A program made the position numbers and the translations under genes. The notes beneath the pieces are model-generated. The model ran no database searches, was not told the origin of the DNA, and saw only the letters and a list, made by a program, of their open reading frames with translations. Shown in pieces: positions 22,954 through 34,098 of a DNA stretch of 64,000 nt; the first letter of the stretch is position 1; every line of letters starts with the position of its first letter. The stretch spans positions 1,312,113-1,376,112 of the forward strand of contig CAWEHV010000002.1 of NCBI GenBank assembly GCA_963809035.1, given 5' to 3'. This DNA comes from an uncultured Thermoplasmata archaeon. Its GTDB lineage: Archaea > Thermoplasmatota > Thermoplasmata > Lutacidiplasmatales > UBA184.

Positions 22954-24687
22954 CTAACCCGTGCCATCGGACATCACGGCCGCGTCGTTCGCAAACGAGA
23001 ACGCGACAAAGATTTCCCCCTTCGCACTGTCATACGCCACTCCAACAGGGGCGGAAACCAAAGGGGGGGTGGCGCCTGCCCAGACATCCCCCACCATCCT
23101 GTTTGTGGATGTCGACATCACACCAACGACCTCTGAGATCCAGCAAGTGATGAAGAGCTCCCCAGTCCCGCCATCGTACACTAGCCCGGAGGGGTAGTTG
23201 AACCAGCCAATGGTCCCGTTCACGGCCCCGTACACATTGATCCGCATCCCCGTGTTGGTCGTGTCATTGATCACGAAGACCCCTCTCCACGTTCCTAGCA
23301 CTCCATCGACCGCGACAAAGACCTCTCCGTTCGTGGGGTCATACGCGAGCATCTGGGGCTGGTAGCCTACTGGGACGGACGCCACCACCGAGTAGTTGGT
23401 ATCGTTGATCACGTTCACATCGGCCAAGGTGTAGCTTCCCACAAAGGCTGTGGCGAAGATTTCGCCTTTACCGCTGTCGTATGCAAGGCTGAGGATATTG
23501 CCTCCCATCGCAATCGTGCGGACCACTTTGTTGGTGGAAGTGGAGATCACACTTATGCCACTGCCACCGCCAACAAAGACCATCCGCTTCGCGCTGTCGT
23601 ACGCAATGCCTTGAGGATTGGCGGTCACGTTGATGTTCGCCACGACCGAGTTTGTCGCATCATCGATCACGCTTACGTTGTTCGACCCGGTATTCGTGAC
23701 AAAGATCTCGCCCTTCGCGGGGTCGTACGCCATTTGGTCAGTGTTGTTGCCTGCCGCGATGATCGCCACTACTGTGTTCGACGTGTCGTTGATCACGCTC
23801 ACGTTGTTCGCGCCCTCGTCGGAGACAAAGACCTCCCCCTTCCCGCTGTCATAGGTTGCAGCATACGGATTGCTGCCCACCGGGACGGTCGCAATGGTTT
23901 GGATTACTGATTTGTCTATGAACCCCGCCTTCGAGTTTGAGAAGGCGAAAAGGCCGAGCAGTTCGGTACGTTGAGGCGCATTGGATGCGTGATAGATTGT
24001 AGTCTCCGCGACGTGGTAGGTACCGGCCGCGAGCTGCGCCACACCAAACGCCATGCCGGGATAACTTCCAGCGGTTGCACTCGATTCGAGGGTCAGCCCC
24101 GGGATTCCTGCAAGGACGATGGTGCTGCGAGTACCGCTACTAACTCCGACGACCACGACGAACGCGGGCTCTGGCAAAACGAGCTTTTCCTTGAGCGTGC
24201 TGTTTTACCTGATAGGTAACGAGTGCGATGTGGTCTTCTCACCGTAGAACTGGAATCCGCTCACGCCCACGGCTCCAATTGAGAAGTGGTAGTCGCTTGT
24301 CGTGTAGTTGTCCAAATCAGCCTGGGTAGCGGCAATCCCTGCTGCGATGTGCCCCTGCGAATCGACGGCGGAGACCAGATTCCCGACCCAGAATCCGGTG
24401 GTTTGGCGGACACCACTGTTGGCCATCGCGAAGATGTTCAAGGTAGCAGGCGCCGTCGGGTTCGTGAAATTAAGCGAGTCCGTCTTGTTGAGGATCGAGA
24501 CACCTGTCACATAAGGGGTGGTCGCAGCCGCGCCGGTAGGTCCAGCGGCCAGGGGTGTATCGGCCATTAGGGCCGAGACAGACGGTACCAGCATGATGGC
24601 GCCGATTGCCACGACTATGGTCACGGCAATCATGTGAGCGACCCCAATACGCGCTTGGCCATTCCACCCGGACGACACCTTCTGCAT
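22954..24687 (-). CDS. Secreted YVTN/YncE-type beta-propeller protein, frameshifted near 24210
   Basis: Signal peptide in ORF 24205-24708; P...AYD...GEIFV.N....VSVI...TN.VV repeats in ORF 22954-24177. Confidence 0.8.
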
Positions 24688-24960
24688 GGTTCGGTCTCCC
24701 GTTCCCAACGCCTGGCAAAGTGGGACAGCGGCCAGAGACTACCCACCTCCGTTGATTCGAATTGACTTACAGCTAATATACACTGACATAGCGGGGGCCG
24801 TCTCGAGCTCAATCGGGCATTCGTAAGGGTTGAGGGGACGCGTCATGACTGCCTACGGTAACGGCGCAGTGCTCAAACCGTCTGTATACCCGAAACCTAT
24901 TACGCGAATCGAGCCTTCGAGCGACTGCGATGCGAATCGGAGAAAATTGGGGGGAGGAGC

Positions 24961-25380
24961 ATGGAAGGGGAAACAGCAACGAACCAGATTGGCGAGGAAG
25001 AAGGGCAGGCCATAGGCTTTCGGGTCCAGTCGGACTTAATTCACGGAGCCCGTCTTGAAGTGACAGTGCGCAGCCAGGGGAAGCTGCTGGGGGAAGAGTC
25101 AACCTCGATAGTAACCTACTGGTACGTCGTTCGAGAAGACGGCACATTGTACGGTGAGGGACACGGGATCGGCAGACTCAAGGAGGGGAGCATGGGCACA
25201 TTCACAATGTCGGGAATCGGGAGTCAGAAGACTCCCGGTGGACCTACACATTGGCGCGCGACGCTCTATTACTCGACCACCACTGGGAAGTTGTCGAAAC
25301 TCGCCCATCGACCGATTTTTGTCGAGTTCGATGTCGATGAGTCTGGGAAGGCGAAGGCACGAATCTTCGAGTGGAGGTAG
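24961..25380 (+). CDS. Hypothetical protein
   Basis: 139-aa beta-rich ORF with GGAGG immediately upstream of ATG. Confidence 0.7.
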   Translation: MEGETATNQIGEEEGQAIGFRVQSDLIHGARLEVTVRSQGKLLGEESTSIVTYWYVVREDGTLYGEGHGIGRLKEGSMGTFTMSGIGSQKTPGGPTHWRATLYYSTTTGKLSKLAHRPIFVEFDVDESGKAKARIFEWR

Positions 25381-25721
25381 GCCGAATTTTAAGAGCGCCG
25401 GTCGTTTTTGGCCTCTACCTCATCGGAAAGCGATGGGACAACGGTTGATGAGAGGTCGGTAAAGATTGCTACTAGGACGGATCCGATCGTTACATTGATA
25501 CCCGCAACAAGCAGCAGAGGGCGCCACGTCCGCTCGTTGCTTCTATCGTGACGGTAAAGGATGAGCCCACCCTCGGTTCTCCGAGGGAGGGAATCGGTTA
25601 GTACTCTATTCGGTGGATAGCCGAATCGGGGTCGTACGCAGGCGGTCGAGAAGGTCGTCAAAGGCTCCTTCGGTCGTCGTTCGGGGGCCCGTCTTTGCCG
25701 AGCGGTCAGCTCGCCTGAAAG

Positions 25722-25958
25722 GTGGCGCCCCTACTGAGAGTCCGGCTCCGCACGACCGGGGAGAACCTCCTCGTCGCGAGCGGACCCGGGTCCGGACAGA
25801 GCGTCTTCCATGTCCATATTCACGTCATCCCGCGACAGACGGACGACGACCTCCGCTGGAATGACTGGTGGCAAACCAAAGTAAGGCCAATCGGTAGGCC
25901 CGAGCTCAGTGACTTAGCCGCTTCTATTCGGGGGTCGGCCGACCCCCCTCCCCGGTAG
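25722..25958 (+). pseudogene. HIT-family protein, C-terminal fragment
   Basis: SGPGSGQSVFHVHIHVIPR histidine-triad motif; N-terminal half not found upstream. Confidence 0.75.
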
Positions 25959-26013
25959 AAATCCACCGCTTTCTGAACATCATGCAAAGGGTTCCCTTAG
26001 CCGAGTGGGGGGA

Positions 26014-26039
26014 ATGTGTGTAACAGTACGCGCACCCAC
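26014..26039 (+). repeat. dif-like dispersed site 7
   Basis: ATGTGTGTAA-CAGTAC-GCGCACCCAC, in a gap between convergent genes. Confidence 0.7.
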
Positions 26040-26130
26040 ATTCCGGGCTGCCAACATTTGGGCTCCGTGAGGTCAGTCGCGCGCGACCGGCCGGCTGTAG
26101 GCACCCGTCCAAGACCCGGACGTGCACCAC

Positions 26131-26466
26131 CTATGCCAGTTCCAGGACCAGCCCCTTATCCTTGTTCGGTGAAACCATCACTTCCTGGCCGGCTTTGATC
26201 TTAAGGCGCCGAGCGAGGGGTGCCGGAATGCGAACCACCAACGAGTTGCCGGAGCGAACGACCTTGACCTTCGTCCCCAATCCCCAGAGACCGAGTTCCT
26301 TCGCTCGTTCCTCGATTGCCTTCATAGCTTCTGATCCGAGGAATGATTCGCCGCATTCGTCGCACACCTCGCCATCGTATGTGCCGAGGTCAACTCCAAA
26401 CATTTCCTCATGGACCTCCCCGGCCAGGAGCACGCCCTTGCCACAAATGGGGCACCGTTCAGCCAT
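26131..26466 (-). CDS. Putative antitoxin: YgiT/MqsA-type zinc finger fused to AbrB/MazE domain
   Basis: CPICGKG...CDECGE zinc finger, then KVVRSGNSLVVRIP...L.IK.G AbrB motif. Confidence 0.8.
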   Translation of the reverse strand: MAERCPICGKGVLLAGEVHEEMFGVDLGTYDGEVCDECGESFLGSEAMKAIEERAKELGLWGLGTKVKVVRSGNSLVVRIPAPLARRLKIKAGQEVMVSPNKDKGLVLELA

Positions 26467-26468
26467 TC

Positions 26469-26675
26469 TCACCACCTCGGTTTGACCGTGATCACGTAGC
26501 ACCTAGATCTGCGCAGAACATAGACGACACTGAAGTATCGGTAAGTCGAGACAATCCGGGCGTCTTGTCGAGACTTGACCCCAATTCGAATGGCTTCCTC
26601 GACCTCGGTGGACGAGATTCCACGAAGGACCATCCGCTCTCGGGCATGGTTGCTGTAGACGACCGTGTAGGCCAT
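26469..26675 (-). CDS. DUF4258-family putative toxin
   Basis: YSNHARERMVLRGIS..EVEEAI..G...VITV; directly upstream of the zinc-finger antitoxin. Confidence 0.8.
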   Translation of the reverse strand: MAYTVVYSNHARERMVLRGISSTEVEEAIRIGVKSRQDARIVSTYRYFSVVYVLRRSRCYVITVKPRW

Positions 26676-26899
26676 CTGTTACGTGTAATACATGTCATAC
26701 TATAAAGACAATCGAGGATAGGTGCAGGCCGGGTAGGACCAGGGGCCATACTCTCCGTCCTTGCACGACATTCGGGCACTAGGGCGCCCGGCCAGTTGGG
26801 GTCACGCGAGCAAAGTCCGTCCGCCTCCGGAGTTGGGGTGAACATGGATCAACCGTTGTGCGTTCAATCGACCTGGCACATCCAAGGGCAAGTGATGGC

Positions 26900-26925
26900 G
26901 CGGGTGCAACAGCACGTACACCTAC
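26900..26925 (+). repeat. dif-like dispersed site 8
   Basis: GCGGGTGCAA-CAGCAC-GTACACCTAC. Confidence 0.75.
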
Positions 26926-26969
26926 ACAGTTGCCCGCTTCCGGTAAGGGGTCCCTTGGCAACGCGCCGG

Positions 26970-26995
26970 AAGTATGCAATTCACCCTACACCCGC
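26970..26995 (+). repeat. dif-like dispersed site 9 (degenerate)
   Basis: AAGTATGCAA-TTCACC-CTACACCCGC. Confidence 0.5.
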
Positions 26996-27158
26996 CCAAG
27001 CCTCTCCGGGCAGCGCGACTACGGTGGCAACCGCGCAATCGGCCGACGCGTCGACCCACGTTCCTTGTCGGGAGGGCCACTTCGTTGGCGAACTGCTCAC
27101 AGCCAGGTTTCCGGTCGTGTTCCACTTTGCGAACACGGCTTAGCTCTTTTAGCCCCCC

Positions 27159-30100
27159 GTGATGTCGCCTATCGATTCGATGGCGCGCCGCAACTCCAGA
27201 GTTCGTAGATTTTGGATCGTGGTCCCCCTTGTCGCCATCTTGAGCCTTTCCGGCCTTGTTGGAGCGATTCCCTCATCCTCCGCTGGTGGTTCTGGGAACG
27301 GATTTCATGGGGCAGTCGGGCACGCCACAGGCGAGGGCCGATTAGGGGCGGTCACGCCGAATCTGGGTCGCGTGACCATGGGTTCGAGCTGGCGAGCCAA
27401 CGCGGCTCGAAGTCCCTCGGCGTCATTCGCGCCATTTGTCCGGTCAACGTTGATTCTCCTGAACAGCACTCTCGCCGCCGGGAACGATTTGGCCGGGAAT
27501 GGAGAGGGTCCGTATGGGGCCGTACTGATACCAGGGACTGACTTACTAGTGATTCCGGACGAGGGAAGCGGCTACCTTTCGGTTTTGAACGTCTCGACGA
27601 ACCAGTTAATCACCGTCGGTCCGGTGGGAACGGCTCCTTCAGCCATTGCATTCGACCCGACGCGCGACCTCCTAATGGTCACTGACGAGGGAGCAGGCCA
27701 AGTCAGCATCGTGTCAGCCACGAATTACTCGGTCTTGGACCGGGTGGATGTCGGAAGCAGCCCCGATGCCATCGCCTACGACCCACTCAACGGCACCACC
27801 TACGTCGTGAACGGTAACTCAAACAACGTGACGGTCATCAACGACAGCTCCATGGCCGTGATCGCAACGATTTCGGTTGGGAATTACCCTGACGGCGTCG
27901 CAGTGGACAACCACACGGACCAGATTTTCGTCACCGATTACTACGATGATAACGTTTCGGTTATCAACGCCTCATCCAACACTGTCGTCAAGACCGTCGG
28001 GGTGGGTTCGGGTCCCAAGGGACTCGTATTTGACTATCTGTCGAACAAGGTCTACGTCGCCAACAGCGCGGGGGAAGATCTCAGTATCATCAAGGACAGC
28101 ACAGACTCCGTCACGCACACTCAAGAATACGGGGCCTACACCAGCCCCCAAACAATCGCGCTCGACCCGGCCAACGATACCCTCTACGTCACGGAAGGGT
28201 TCGCGGCCCTTTCGCCGGTGAACAATGTCACCTTGGTGAACGTCTCCACGGGTGCGGCCATACTGAATATATCGGTCGGACTCTACCCGTACGGGATCGC
28301 CTACGATCCCGCGGATCAGTCTGTATTCGTCGTCAACTCCGCTTCTGAGAACGTGAGCCGCGTCTCGACCATCTCGAACAACGTAACGGCCACCATTTCG
28401 GTCGGAACCCATCCCCACGCGATCTTCTATGACCCGAGTGCCGGTGAGATTTGGGTCTCGGACACAGACTCAAACAACCTCACCGCCATCAGTCTGACGA
28501 GTGGAAAACTCGTGGGGTACGTACCCGCGAACACGTTCCCGTCCGGCCTCGCCTTCGACCCCGCCCTGGGACAGCTACTAGTGACCGACGAGTCCTCGAA
28601 CGAGGTCACCCTGATAAACATCACGACCCACTCGGTCACCGACACGGTGCCGGTCTCGTCGCAGCCGATCGCGGCTAGCTTCGATTCGCTCAATGGCGAC
28701 TACTACATCTCCACATCCCTGGATGGCGGTGCCCTGGCCGTGCTTTCCTCGGCAAGTGACTCTGTCACCGGCAACGTCACGTTGTTGGGAGTTTTGACCC
28801 GTTCCTCGGTATTTGTCCCATCTCTGAATGAAACGTATGTCTCGGACCTAGGGTCCGCTACGATTTCGATTGTCTCCGACGTGACGAACACGCGCGTGAA
28901 GAACGTGGTCGTCGGCACTTCGCCGCTCGGGGTCGCCCTCGACCCGGCCCGAGGAGAGGTGTTCGCTGCCGATTCGGGTTCAGACCAGGTTTCCGTGATC
29001 AACACCTCGACGCAGACCGTCGTGGCGACCGTGCCGGTCGGTTCACAACCTTCGAGCGTCGGGTATGACCCCGCGGCTGGCGAAGTGTTCGTCACGAATT
29101 CGGGTTCGAACAATGTCAGCGTGATCAATGACACGACCAACACAGTCATCGCGAATCTCGCCGTTGGCGCACTCCCGATTGGAGTTACCTACGACCCGAC
29201 TAACCAATTGATGCTCGTCACGAACGAGAATCAGGGTACGGTCTCCATGATCCAAACAGCGAATACGACCTTCGCTCTCACGTTCCAGGAGTCAGGGTTG
29301 CCCGCGAGCACCCTCTGGAATGTTTCCGTGGGTGGAACGTCCCACCAATCGACGAGCTCGTCCGTAGTCTTCTCTGAACCGAACGGGACAGTCGCGTATT
29401 CGATCGGACACGTGGCAGGATACCACCCCGCGCCCTCGTCCGGGTCGTTGGTCGTCAGCGGCCAGCCTTCCATCGTCAACGTGACGTTCGCCACGAACGC
29501 CGTCCAGTTGTACAACGTGACGTTCAGTGCCCAAGGGTTGCCTTCGGGCGCGACCTTCGGGGTCACGCTTAACGGTTCTGCGATGTCCTCGTTGGGCGGT
29601 CCGCTGGTCTTCGAAGAACCGAACGGGAGCTTCCCCTTCAGTGTAAGTTCGGTCACGGGCTATCGCGCGACGCCGACGAGTGGGGCGATCGTCGTCCACG
29701 GGACTCCTGCCGACCAAACGATTACATTCACCGAGAATGCTACTCCTACCTACACGGTCGACTTCGAGGAATCTGGTTTGGCCCCGGGAACCAGGTGGTC
29801 GGTCACCTTCAACGGTTCTCTCAACGCCTCCACCACCTCGGAGATCGGCTTCAAAGTCTCGAGTGGAACCTACACGTACAACGTCACACCCATCCCCACA
29901 TACTCTGCGAGTCCCTCCCACGGCTCCGTGCCAGTCACTGGCCCGACCGCGGTCGATATCGGCTACACGATCCCAGCATATGTCGCGACGTTCACGGAGT
30001 CCGGGCTTCCCAGTTCTACCAACTGGTCAGTGACCCTTGGTGGCGAGCCATACTGGACGACCTCCGCATCGATCTACCTGGACTTGGCCAACGGCAGTTA

Positions 30101-30371
30101 CCCATGGACGGTCTCGACCGTGAAAGGATTCACGGCCACTCCGGTAAGCGGGAAGCTCTCGGTTAGCGGAGCGAATGTCACCACGCCCATCAGCTTCGCT
30201 CAGAACACCACCACCAACGTGCCGCCCTCCAACAACACCTCGAACGGAGGAGTATTGGGCCTCTCCGACCTCGATTGGGTTGTCATCGGGGTATTCGGAG
30301 CATTGGCGGTAGTGGTACTCGCGGTCGTTCTGACGAGGTACCGGCGACCCGGCGCTCCTCCCGAGACCTGA
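27159..30371 (+). CDS. Membrane-anchored YVTN beta-propeller surface protein with FxESGLP repeats
   Basis: Signal peptide, ~14 propeller blades, four stalk repeats, C-terminal TM followed by RYRR. Confidence 0.9.
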   Translation: MMSPIDSMARRNSRVRRFWIVVPLVAILSLSGLVGAIPSSSAGGSGNGFHGAVGHATGEGRLGAVTPNLGRVTMGSSWRANAARSPSASFAPFVRSTLILLNSTLAAGNDLAGNGEGPYGAVLIPGTDLLVIPDEGSGYLSVLNVSTNQLITVGPVGTAPSAIAFDPTRDLLMVTDEGAGQVSIVSATNYSVLDRVDVGSSPDAIAYDPLNGTTYVVNGNSNNVTVINDSSMAVIATISVGNYPDGVAVDNHTDQIFVTDYYDDNVSVINASSNTVVKTVGVGSGPKGLVFDYLSNKVYVANSAGEDLSIIKDSTDSVTHTQEYGAYTSPQTIALDPANDTLYVTEGFAALSPVNNVTLVNVSTGAAILNISVGLYPYGIAYDPADQSVFVVNSASENVSRVSTISNNVTATISVGTHPHAIFYDPSAGEIWVSDTDSNNLTAISLTSGKLVGYVPANTFPSGLAFDPALGQLLVTDESSNEVTLINITTHSVTDTVPVSSQPIAASFDSLNGDYYISTSLDGGALAVLSSASDSVTGNVTLLGVLTRSSVFVPSLNETYVSDLGSATISIVSDVTNTRVKNVVVGTSPLGVALDPARGEVFAADSGSDQVSVINTSTQTVVATVPVGSQPSSVGYDPAAGEVFVTNSGSNNVSVINDTTNTVIANLAVGALPIGVTYDPTNQLMLVTNENQGTVSMIQTANTTFALTFQESGLPASTLWNVSVGGTSHQSTSSSVVFSEPNGTVAYSIGHVAGYHPAPSSGSLVVSGQPSIVNVTFATNAVQLYNVTFSAQGLPSGATFGVTLNGSAMSSLGGPLVFEEPNGSFPFSVSSVTGYRATPTSGAIVVHGTPADQTITFTENATPTYTVDFEESGLAPGTRWSVTFNGSLNASTTSEIGFKVSSGTYTYNVTPIPTYSASPSHGSVPVTGPTAVDIGYTIPAYVATFTESGLPSSTNWSVTLGGEPYWTTSASIYLDLANGSYPWTVSTVKGFTATPVSGKLSVSGANVTTPISFAQNTTTNVPPSNNTSNGGVLGLSDLDWVVIGVFGALAVVVLAVVLTRYRRPGAPPET

Positions 30372-30501
30372 TCCTGAGTCGATCCCACCCCGAGCTCGGG
30401 TAGACGCTTCTCGATCAATCCTACCGATCGTGACGACACCGGAGTGTCGAACGTGTACTGGCGCTTTTGTCCATCCCCTCGCCTAGTCCGACCTTTACGG
30501 G

Positions 30502-30584
30502 GCTTCCGCATAGGGTCCCTTCTGAAAGTCGGAGTTCCGCCGCCGTAGGGTTGACCCTTCGCAAGACCGGAGATTGCCAAAGGA
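30502..30584 (+). repeat. ~85-bp non-coding repeat, copy B
   Basis: Matches 22682-22765. Confidence 0.85.
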
Positions 30585-31108
30585 GCCCATAGAGAACCCT
30601 CTGATTAGAAATGGGTCAGAGCCAACGAAGAAGGGCTGGGTCCTTCCCCAAAGAGCCCGTTGACAGCGAGGCTGCACTGATCCCGCCTGGCTCTCAGCAT
30701 AGATGAACGGAGCACACACTCGGTGATCGACCGGGAGGAGCGAGGGGAGCCACGCAGAGGGCGACGCCCCGCCTCGCCAGGAAAGCAAGCCCATCCAGTT
30801 GACCTGGGGCAGGCCTACTCGACGCCATGCGCCTGCACGTCGTTCTTCAAGACCACCCCAGGTAGAGAGCGGAGTCGAGGCAGAACCAGATAGCACCGGC
30901 CCGGCGGACTTGTCAGTGGCGAGTGTTCTCCTCGGCGTTTGCCATTGGAGGCAGTCGCCGGGCCAGCAGGGGCGCCAACCGCCCCTCTCCCCACCCCCTC
31001 ACCCTGTGCAAACCGGCGGGGTACAATGTCAAGTCCGCGTGACTAAAGGTTCAAGAGCCCAGTCCCGGACCTATCCGCTGGTCCTTCCGGGATTGGGAGC
31101 AAGCCATC

Positions 31109-32680
31109 ATGAGCATAACCAGAGTTTGGGGTGGACGATCCGCGGTGCGGGCCGTGGTGTCGATCGTGGTCCTCTGTTCCATGCTCGCGAGCGGTGGCGC
31201 GCTGGCCGGCCACCTCCACGCCGGTTCGTTGTACAATTCCTCCGACCTCTACGCCGGTTCGTCGTACAATTCCTCCAGCGTGGGAGCTGGAACGATGCCG
31301 GCAGCCTTGGTCGCGTCGACGATTCCCGTGGGATCCGACCCCACCGACGTCGTGTACGACAGTGGGAGAGGGGAGGTGTTCGTCATGAACGCGGTTTCGA
31401 ACACCGTGAGCGTGATCAACGACACGACGGACCTGGTCGTCGCGTCGATCACGGTGGGGGGCATTCCCCAGGCCGCGGTGTATGATAGCGGGAAAGGGGA
31501 GGTCTTCATCGAGAATGGGAGCTCGAATGGGGGCTACCCCTACCTCAGCGTGATCAGCGACGCGACGGACACGGTAACGACTACCGTCTACCTCGAGGGT
31601 AGTGGTGCCGACGCCATGGCGTACGACCGTGCGGCCGGCGAGATCGTCTTGTGCGTCCCGGAGGTCGGCGTAGTCGGCATGAACGACACGACGTATGCCT
31701 TCACGTCGCTCGGAGGCGGCGACTCTGCCGTGGGAGTAGCGGTGGACCCCGCGCTTTCGGAGATTTTCGTAACCAACTACGGAGCCGCCGGCACCGTCAG
31801 CGTAATCGGGGCCAGCAACGGGACCCCTGTGGCGACCATACCCGTGGGATCCGATCCTGTCGGGGTGGCGTACGACAGCGCGAAAGCCGAGGTCTTCGTC
31901 GCGAACTCCGGCACATACACCCTGAGCGTGATCTCCACCGCGACGAACAAGGTCGTCGCGAACGTGACCGTAGGTGCCGCCTACCAGACGCCAACTCCAA
32001 CGGGTGTGGCCTATGACGGCGCGATCGGGGAGCTCTTCGTTACAAACAATGAGGCGAACGATGTGGCCATAGTCTCGGACACGACGGACACCGTGACCGC
32101 GACCCTGGGGGTAGGAAGCAGCCCCTCCGGTGTCGCCTACGACAGCGCGAAAGGAGAGGTCTTCGTCGCGAACTCCGACTCCAACGACGTGAGCGTGTTC
32201 ACGCCTGGGGCAATTATCTACACCGTGTCTTTCGGGACCACCCCGGCGAACTGCAGCATCACCTTCGCCGGAAAGTCGTACGCGAGCGGTACGAACAATT
32301 CGAGCGTCCTCGAGGGGACGTATTCGATCGTCGCGAACGCGTGTAGCGGGGAGACGTTCGATTTCTGGGGGGACGGCTCTGGAAACGTCAAGTCCCCCAC
32401 CTCGTCCTCCACGACGGTTGTGATCAACGCAAGTGATCAGGGGGTGAGTGCGGTGTACACGTCAAGCGGATCGCCCTCCGGAACCCCCCCGGGGTCAGGC
32501 TCGCCCTCCTCGTCCTCGGGACTCTCCACGTTCGACTACGTGATCATCGCCGTCCTGGTGGTGGCCGTGCTCGTGATTGTCGCGGGAGGAGCCCGCAGGC
32601 GCCGAAGAAGGAAAGCATCCGTCGCTCCCCCGACGCCCTCCCGGGAGGCTGGCCCGGGCGTCCCCCCCCCTCCACCGTGA
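31109..32680 (+). CDS. Membrane-anchored YVTN beta-propeller protein
   Basis: ~7 blades (AYDSAKGEVFVAN), Ser-rich linker, TM, RRRRRRK, Pro-rich tail. Confidence 0.9.
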   Translation: MSITRVWGGRSAVRAVVSIVVLCSMLASGGALAGHLHAGSLYNSSDLYAGSSYNSSSVGAGTMPAALVASTIPVGSDPTDVVYDSGRGEVFVMNAVSNTVSVINDTTDLVVASITVGGIPQAAVYDSGKGEVFIENGSSNGGYPYLSVISDATDTVTTTVYLEGSGADAMAYDRAAGEIVLCVPEVGVVGMNDTTYAFTSLGGGDSAVGVAVDPALSEIFVTNYGAAGTVSVIGASNGTPVATIPVGSDPVGVAYDSAKAEVFVANSGTYTLSVISTATNKVVANVTVGAAYQTPTPTGVAYDGAIGELFVTNNEANDVAIVSDTTDTVTATLGVGSSPSGVAYDSAKGEVFVANSDSNDVSVFTPGAIIYTVSFGTTPANCSITFAGKSYASGTNNSSVLEGTYSIVANACSGETFDFWGDGSGNVKSPTSSSTTVVINASDQGVSAVYTSSGSPSGTPPGSGSPSSSSGLSTFDYVIIAVLVVAVLVIVAGGARRRRRRKASVAPPTPSREAGPGVPPPPP

Positions 32681-33004
32681 TCCTGGGTCATCGCACGCCT
32701 AGGTCTCTCCCGGCCGCTCCTCCCCACCGTCGTCGCTCGCGTGAGCGACAACGAGGTCGCGGGCCGCCGAAATCGCGACCGCTCGCCCCCGGGGGATCAC
32801 AATAAGCACCCGTTAAGGGCGGAGGGTATTCGCTCGAGTGCCGGGCCCGAAGCGACGTCCGCGACGGAGACCCCCGCTCCCCCCTCCGATTTGCACCTGC
32901 TCGGCCGAATCATTCAAGTACCTCTACGCCCGAGTGTATCGACGTGGGCTGAGAGCCCTCCCGGGGGCTGCGAGGAGTTGAGCCGCTTCAAACTGACTGC
33001 TAGA

Positions 33005-33616
33005 ATGCGCCGAGGGGCGCGGAAGCGCGCGGTTTCGCCCATCATCGCAACGATCTTGCTAGTCGCCATCACGGTAGTCTTGGCCGCCGTTCTGTATGTG
33101 ATGGTTTCCGGACTGATCCGCGGTCCGGGGTCCACGCCGATTGGAACCGCATTCGCCGCCGGCCATCCCGTTACCGGCACCTGCGCGGCAGGAAGCTCAC
33201 AGACTCTTGGTGCGGCAGCGATAACGGGTGGCTGCAAGCCGGGGGACTTCGTTTACACCCTCACGGTCGAATCGTCAACGGTTTCGCTCGGCAGCGTCCT
33301 CTTCGAGGTCAGGACCTCCGCGGGAGTAGCGTACGCAGCGGGTGGGGCGAGTTCCTCCTTCTCAGTGGTGGACGTCACCAGCCATGTCGCGGCGATCAGC
33401 GTGACCGGTTCAATGATGGCCATGACTTCGACGTGGCAGGGCTACGGTCTCACGACCACGGCCCCGACATACAAGGCGTCCACCCCGATCACAAACCTGC
33501 ACATCATAGTAGTGGACATGGGCTCCGCGTCGGTGACCACCGGCCAGGGTCTCAAGTTCGTCGCGCTGGGAACTGGCTCCTACACGGGAGTTACCGGCCC
33601 AATCGACCTACCGTAG
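33005..33616 (+). CDS. Archaeal type IV pilin-like protein (class III signal peptide)
   Basis: RKRAVSPIIATILLVAITVVLAAVLYVMV. Confidence 0.9.
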   Translation: MRRGARKRAVSPIIATILLVAITVVLAAVLYVMVSGLIRGPGSTPIGTAFAAGHPVTGTCAAGSSQTLGAAAITGGCKPGDFVYTLTVESSTVSLGSVLFEVRTSAGVAYAAGGASSSFSVVDVTSHVAAISVTGSMMAMTSTWQGYGLTTTAPTYKASTPITNLHIIVVDMGSASVTTGQGLKFVALGTGSYTGVTGPIDLP

Positions 33617-33778
33617 AGCGTTTCTCCGACAGTAGGCCAACCCCGGTTTCATCCCCTTCCTCTCATCCGCTTCCGGCATAGCAAACGGACCCTTTCCCGG
33701 GACGGGACAGCGCGACGGGGAAAACCCTGGCAAGAGGGTTGAAATAGCGAAAGTCCTGTCTCGCCGCAGAGGGATCAG

Positions 33779-34098
33779 ATGGCGCTCTTTGTGTTGATAG
33801 CCACTCATTCGTCCGACCAGTGTCCGACCGCCAATGAGAAGACGCGAAAACTGTTTGGGGCCGACCCTGCCCCGATCATGGCGTTGGCGCAGAAGCTGGG
33901 TGTCAAGCCAGTGGTGGGACCGCTAGTCAGGTACCCGAACACCGGACCTTTGTTGTCATGGAAGCCCAGAAGGTCGAGGCTGTTCGGGACTTCGTAATGC
34001 AGAGCGGCCTGATCCAGTGGAACAGCGTTGAGATCATCAACGTCATTACCCAGGAAGAAGCGATAAAGGAAATCGCCGCTCTGACCCCAATATACTAA
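33779..34098 (+). CDS. Small hypothetical protein (DUF3303/GYD-like), frameshifted near 33930
   Basis: MALFVLIATHSSDQCP..., second frame EHRTFVVMEAQKVEAVRDF...; similar to 49916-50200. Confidence 0.6.

Noticed and set aside
26858..26883. Further weak site candidates (26858, 5355, 21598, 32891, 37289)
   Set aside because: Too many mismatches or only one arm; cannot be told from chance without a PWM.
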